A stretch of 64,000 nucleotides of DNA. Source: an uncultured delta proteobacterium. GTDB taxonomy: Bacteria; Desulfobacterota; Zymogenia; Zymogenales; Zymogenaceae. The notes under the pieces are model-generated. The model saw only the letters and a list, made by a program, of their open reading frames with translations. It made no database searches and was not told the origin of the DNA. The position numbers and the translations under genes were made by a program. The stretch lies in the NCBI GenBank assembly GCA_963735595.1, contig CAVTLK010000005.1:231760-295759 (forward strand), written 5' to 3'. Within the stretch, counting starts at the first letter, position 1. The number at the start of each line of letters is the position of its first letter. Of this stretch, positions 59,613-64,000 are shown piece by piece.

Positions 59613-60970
59613 CTGAGGATGATCAGCGATGCAAGGGTGAAGTACATGAATATACTGAGAATGTCGGTTGTGGTGCTGATAAAAGGCCCCGAGGCTATGG
59701 CCGGGTCGACCCCGATTTTGTGGAGGGTGATGGGCACGAGCGTTCCCATGGCCGACGCAATGGTCATGGAGGCAAAGATACCGAGACCCACCACGAGCCA
59801 GAGTTTGACGATATCCAGATAGAGGTAGTGAGCGACGACCCCCAGGAGGACCCCGTAGGTGAGGCCCAGGATGATCCCCACCCTGAGCTCCCGAAAGAGG
59901 ACGGTGCCCAGCCTCTTGACGTCGATGCTCCCGATAGCGATACCGCGGACTACCAGCGTCGAGGACTGGGCCGAGACGTTTCCCCCCATCCCGGCGATGA
60001 CCGGCATGAAGGCGGCCAGCACTACCACCTCGGCCAGGGTTTCCCGGTAATACCCGATGATCAGGGAGACGAGCAATCCCCCGATCCAGCTGGCAAAGAG
60101 CCACGGGAGGCGCGTGCCGGCGCTCCTGAGGACCGACGACGACCAGGCATGCTCGTCGTCCGTGGCGCCGGCGAGTTTGATAATATCCTCGGTGGCCTCC
60201 TCTTCGAGGACGTCCACCACGTCGTCGACGGTGATCCGCCCGACGAGCTTGCCGGACCCGTCCACTACCGGCACGGCTACGAGGTCATACTTCTTCACGA
60301 TCCGGGCGACCTCCTCCTGGTCGAGATCGACGGCCACCGAGATCGGGTCCTTTTCCATGACGGTCGAAACCGTAGCCTTCGGGGAGGCCAGTATGAGCTT
60401 ACGCAGGGGGAGGACACCCATGAGTTTTCCCCTCCGGTCGGTGACATAGACGCTGTGGATATCCTCCACCTCGCCGGACATCTCCCGGACCTCTTCGATG
60501 GCCGAGGCGACGCTTTCGTCCTGGCGGACGGATGCCAGCTCCGTCTGCATGATGCCGCCGGCGGACTCCTCGTCGTAGCGCATGAGCTTCTGGATCTCCT
60601 CGGCGTCTTCGTCGCTGATTCGATCCAGGACTTCCTTGGCCTGGTCGTCGGGCAGCTCCTCGATAATATCGGCCGCGTCGTCCGATTCGAGGTCGTCGAC
60701 GATCTCCGAAAGCCGCTTGGTCTGGATGTCCTTCAGGATCAGGTCGCGGGTGGCGTCGTCCAGCTCAACGATGACATCGGCCGCGGTCTTGGTGTCCAGA
60801 ACGGAAAAGACGAGCTTCTTTTCGTGCGGCAGGAGAAACTGGAGGAACTCGGCGATGTCGGCCGGGTGGTAGAGCCCCAGCTCCGTGATCAGGTCCCGGA
60901 TATCGTCATCGTCCAGGAGCTCCAGCAGTTTCTTTTGTTTTTCTACCGGGGTGCTCATAGCCAACACCAT
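59609..60970 (-). CDS. mgtE: magnesium transporter MgtE
   Basis: N-terminal domain, tandem CBS domains and a 5-TM MgtE domain (GMGGNVSAQSSTLVVRG...PFISTTTDILS). Confidence 0.9.
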   Translation of the reverse strand: MVLAMSTPVEKQKKLLELLDDDDIRDLITELGLYHPADIAEFLQFLLPHEKKLVFSVLDTKTAADVIVELDDATRDLILKDIQTKRLSEIVDDLESDDAADIIEELPDDQAKEVLDRISDEDAEEIQKLMRYDEESAGGIMQTELASVRQDESVASAIEEVREMSGEVEDIHSVYVTDRRGKLMGVLPLRKLILASPKATVSTVMEKDPISVAVDLDQEEVARIVKKYDLVAVPVVDGSGKLVGRITVDDVVDVLEEEATEDIIKLAGATDDEHAWSSSVLRSAGTRLPWLFASWIGGLLVSLIIGYYRETLAEVVVLAAFMPVIAGMGGNVSAQSSTLVVRGIAIGSIDVKRLGTVLFRELRVGIILGLTYGVLLGVVAHYLYLDIVKLWLVVGLGIFASMTIASAMGTLVPITLHKIGVDPAIASGPFISTTTDILSIFMYFTLASLIILR

Positions 60971-61194
60971 CGGAACGTCAACCGGGACGTTAGTTGGATA
61001 CGAAGTAGGATGGGATCAGAGTAAAAAACTAATCCTCAATACTTTTACACGATACCGACCGAAAGTCAAGGCTAAAAACCCGCCGAAGGCAGCCGAACGG
61101 AGGCACGGTACGCCGCCGACGCCAAAAATTATGGACACCGTAAGTGATCTGTGATATGTGTTACTGACCGGGTAACGGTGGGTCGGGAGGAACC

Positions 61195-62048
61195 GTGAAA
61201 AAAGTCGGCATCATTGCCAAGAAAAACAAGAAAGAGGCCGCACAGATCGTTGCCGAGATCGCCCCGTGGCTTACCGAGAAAGGGGTCGTGCCTCTCATTG
61301 ACCGCGAGACGGCCGCAAAGGCCGGGCTCTCGTCCGAGTTGAGCCCGGAGGAGATTCCGGCGCAGGCCGACGGCATGATCGTCCTGGGCGGCGACGGGAC
61401 CCTGCTGTACGCGGCGCGCCTCATGGGGGACCGCGAGATACCGATCCTCGGCGTCAATCTTGGAAGCCTCGGCTTTCTGACCGACGTGGCGGCGCCGGAG
61501 CTCAAAGACACGCTGCAGCGCTTTATCTCGGGCAACGTTACGGTCGGGGAGCGGATGATGCTCGATGCCGTGGTAGAAGACGGGTCCGGGATGACGGAGA
61601 CCTTTTCGGTGCTCAACGACGTGGTCATCAACAAGGGGAACCTCTCCCGGACGATCCGGCTGCAGGCGTGGGTCAACGGGGCGTTCCTCACCGTCTTTAA
61701 CGGCGACGGGCTCATCATCGCCACGCCGACCGGCTCCACGGCCTATTCGCTGTCGGCCGGCGGGCCGATCGTCCACCCGACACTGTGTGCCGTCATCATT
61801 ACCCCGATCTGCCCCCACCTCCTGACGAACCGCCCGATTGTCGTGCCGGAATCCTCGGTGGTGGAGGTCAAGCTCGTCTCGGGCGACGGCAACGTCTCGG
61901 TCACGCTCGACGGCCAGGTGGGCAGCCGAGTTTTCCGAGCACCATCGCCTTACCGTCCGCAAATCGGCGCAGTAAGATCCTCCTCGTGGAGCCGCCGGAT
62001 CGGGACCACTTCGAGATACTCAGGACGAAACTGAACTGGGGAAGGTAA
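61195..62048 (+). pseudogene. nadK: NAD kinase, 2 frameshifts near 61925-61975
   Basis: GTG start after GGGAGG. GGDGTLL, NxGxLGFL and DGLIIATPTGSTAYSLSAGGP motifs. The C-terminus (..EFSEHHRLTVRKSAQ / ILLVEPPDRDHFEILRTKLNWGR) lies in two other frames. Confidence 0.7.
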
Positions 62049-62054
62049 TGCGGT

Positions 62055-63755
62055 ATGCTCATTGACCTTTCCATACGCAATTTTGCCATTATCGATGAGC
62101 TAACGGTGACCTTTTCCCGCGGCCTGAACGTCGTTTCGGGCGAGACGGGGGCGGGCAAATCCATCATCATCAATGCCGTGAACCTCATCCTCGGCGACCG
62201 GGCGGCCGGCGACCTGATACGCACCGGCTGCGACGAGGCGGTGGTGGAAGCGGTCTTTACCTTGCCCGACCATAACCCAATCCACGAGTTCCTCTTCGAA
62301 AAGGGGATCGATAACACGGCCGAGGGGCTCATCATCAGGCGGGTCATTTCACGCGCGGGGAAAAACCGGGTTTTCATCAACGGCGCGCAGATAACGCTGG
62401 CCACCCTCGGCGAGGTCGGTGAGGAGCTCATCAGCATCTCCGGCCAGCACGAACACCAGACGCTGCTGGTGCCGGACCGCCACATTGACATCATCGACGC
62501 CTACAAGCGGCTGATCCCGATGCGCCAGGAGGTCGCCGCGGGCGTAAAGAGGCTCAAGGGGCTCTTGGAGGAATTCCGGTCCCACTCGATGAGTGAGGAA
62601 GAAAAGGCGCGCCGGATCGATTTTCTGAAATTCCAGATCGCAGAGATCGAGGAGGCAAAGCTCGTCGCAGGGCAGGAGGAAGAACACAAGAGCGAGCGGG
62701 ACCTGCTGGTCAACGCCGAAAAGCTCTTTCGGAGCGCCGAGGAGGCCCACGAGCTCCTCTACGGTATGGAGGGGTCGGCGGCCGAGCGGATCGGGGCGGC
62801 GGTGGCCAGGCTCAAGGAAATCGCCGAGATCGACAAGGGGCTTGCCGGGCAGGTCGAATCGCTGGCGGGCGCGCTCTACGCCGTTCAGGACGCGGGCAAG
62901 GAGTTCTCGGCTTATGCCTCGCGCGTCTCGTTTGATCCCGGGCGCCTGGAAGAGCTTGAGGCGAGGCTCAAGCTGATCGGCAGCCTCAAAAAGAAATACG
63001 GCAGCACCGTCCAGGAGGTGCTGGACTTCCTCGATCGCGCCAGAGCCGAGTTTTCGGGAATCGAGCGGGGCGAGGAGCGCATTGAAGAGCTCAAGCGCGA
63101 GATCGACGCGGAAAAGAAGCGGACGCTTGCGCTGGCGCTCACGCTCTCGGAAGAGCGCGCCCAGGCCGGCCGCGAGTTTGCGGCCGCGGTCGAGGCGGAG
63201 GTTGCCTCACTCAATATGACCGGGACGCGGCTCGCCGTCTCGATGAAGCGGATGGAAGCGGGGCCCTCCGACGACCTTTCGGCAGACGGGCTCATCCTCA
63301 CGCCCCGGGGGGTAGACAAGGTCGAGTTTCTCATCTCTCCAAACGTTGGAGAGGAGCCGCGCGCGATGGCCCGAATCGCCTCGGGGGGCGAGCTTTCGAG
63401 GATACTGCTGGCCATCAAAAAGACGCTTGCCGCCACGCAGGTCATCCCCACGCTGATCTTTGACGAGGTGGATGCCGGTATCGGCGGCGCCACGGCCGAG
63501 GTCGTCGGGAAGAAGCTAAAAGAGGTTTCGGGCTATCAGCAGGTCATCTGTATTACGCACCTGGCCCAGATCGCCGGCTTTGCCGACACCCACTACACGG
63601 TGGCGAAATCCGCCAGGGAGGGCAGGACCGTGACCAGCATGGAGCGGCTCTCGGCCGACGAACGGGTGATGGAGATCGCCCGGATGCTCTCGGGAGAAAA
63701 GATCACCGAGACCACCATCAATCACGCGAAAGAGATCATCCAGACATCCCGGTAG
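62055..63755 (+). CDS. recN: DNA repair protein RecN
   Basis: 566 aa intact. N-terminal Walker A (GETGAGKSIII), central coiled coil, C-terminal signature and Walker B (LIFDEVDAGIGG). Confidence 0.9.
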   Translation: MLIDLSIRNFAIIDELTVTFSRGLNVVSGETGAGKSIIINAVNLILGDRAAGDLIRTGCDEAVVEAVFTLPDHNPIHEFLFEKGIDNTAEGLIIRRVISRAGKNRVFINGAQITLATLGEVGEELISISGQHEHQTLLVPDRHIDIIDAYKRLIPMRQEVAAGVKRLKGLLEEFRSHSMSEEEKARRIDFLKFQIAEIEEAKLVAGQEEEHKSERDLLVNAEKLFRSAEEAHELLYGMEGSAAERIGAAVARLKEIAEIDKGLAGQVESLAGALYAVQDAGKEFSAYASRVSFDPGRLEELEARLKLIGSLKKKYGSTVQEVLDFLDRARAEFSGIERGEERIEELKREIDAEKKRTLALALTLSEERAQAGREFAAAVEAEVASLNMTGTRLAVSMKRMEAGPSDDLSADGLILTPRGVDKVEFLISPNVGEEPRAMARIASGGELSRILLAIKKTLAATQVIPTLIFDEVDAGIGGATAEVVGKKLKEVSGYQQVICITHLAQIAGFADTHYTVAKSAREGRTVTSMERLSADERVMEIARMLSGEKITETTINHAKEIIQTSR

Positions 63756-63880
63756 ACATGGTACGGGGTTCGCCGCCGGAGCGGGTATCCCCGCCGGGAC
63801 GGTGAGGGACGGGATACCTATCGAGAAACGACTAATTATCACAATCGGATTGGATTACGGATACACGACAGCAGGACACC

Positions 63881-64000
63881 ATGATACGGAAAGCGAAGGT
63901 TCAGGACATTCAGGCAATCAAGAAGCTCATCGAGCCCTATGGTAAAAACGGCGTGATGCTGCCGGTATCTCTGGCGGAGCTCTACGACCGGCTGCGCTCG
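63881..64000 (+). CDS. GNAT-family N-acetyltransferase (ArgA-like short form); N-terminus only, the window ends
   Basis: MIRKAKVQDIQAIKKLIEPYGKNGVMLPVSLAELYDRLRS. Confidence 0.5.
   Translation, partial: MIRKAKVQDIQAIKKLIEPYGKNGVMLPVSLAELYDRLRS

Noticed and set aside
59720-61024. 434-aa plus-strand ORF
   Set aside because: It is antisense to mgtE.
60971-61194. Possible Mg2+ (M-box) riboswitch in the mgtE leader
   Set aside because: None of the conserved M-box helices or sequence blocks could be recognised by eye; the region looks like an ordinary divergent promoter spacer. Unsupported without a covariance-model search.
63516-63842. 108-aa minus-strand ORF
   Set aside because: It overlaps the recN 3' end in antisense and has no support.

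Overview
High-GC (~60%) chromosomal window, probably from a Desulfobacterota/deltaproteobacterial-type anaerobe. Gene content points that way: two acyl-CoA dehydrogenases, an ADP-forming acyl-CoA synthetase-like gene, a TAXI-TRAP receptor, DUF169, DUF3795 and a 'two-CW' cysteine protein. The window is mostly housekeeping, in two long co-directional blocks. The minus-strand block (0.5-15.8 kb) reads MFS, gatC, gatA, gatB, asmA-like, mtnA, a GT39-family gene, pcnB and tRNA-Pro. The plus-strand block (17.2-26.9 kb) reads a GldA/F/G-like ABC system plus DUF4340, rpoZ, yacG, ybjQ, the two-CW gene, proS and an I42 inhibitor. Further along are a polar amino-acid ABC operon with an embedded uspA (27.4-32.2 kb), trpS, yjbQ, maf, yggS, a peroxiredoxin-like gene, a nitroreductase, a 5'-nucleotidase, a PlsB-type acyltransferase, a TetR-plus-acyl-CoA-dehydrogenase unit, a fatty-acid/peptide utilisation stretch (47.9-56.1 kb), recO, mgtE, nadK and recN. 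No transposase, integrase, CRISPR array or rRNA is present; there is one tRNA-Pro(UGG). Two things are not explained by gene content. First, at least three families of hairpin-forming repeat modules fill many intergenic regions: 'CGTCATTGCGAG...CTCGCAATGACG' terminal-inverted-repeat elements, 'GGTGACACCATACTTAATTC' hairpins, and 'CACCACAAAGACACAAAGGCAC' hairpins. The third family also forms a 182-bp x2.9 tandem array at 23.2-23.7 kb. The modules occur in changing mosaic combinations, like BIME or Correia-type elements. Second, at least 12 conserved genes carry one to four frameshifts each, about 22 in total, concentrated at 47.9-56.1 kb. This indicates either uncorrected indels in the assembly or ongoing gene decay. 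Candidates for undescribed biology are a CPBP-like membrane domain fused to a calcium-binding FG-GAP beta-propeller, the two-CW cysteine-rich protein, a 5'-nucleotidase with a histone-H1-like lysine-rich tail, and a TetR/operator/acyl-CoA dehydrogenase unit.
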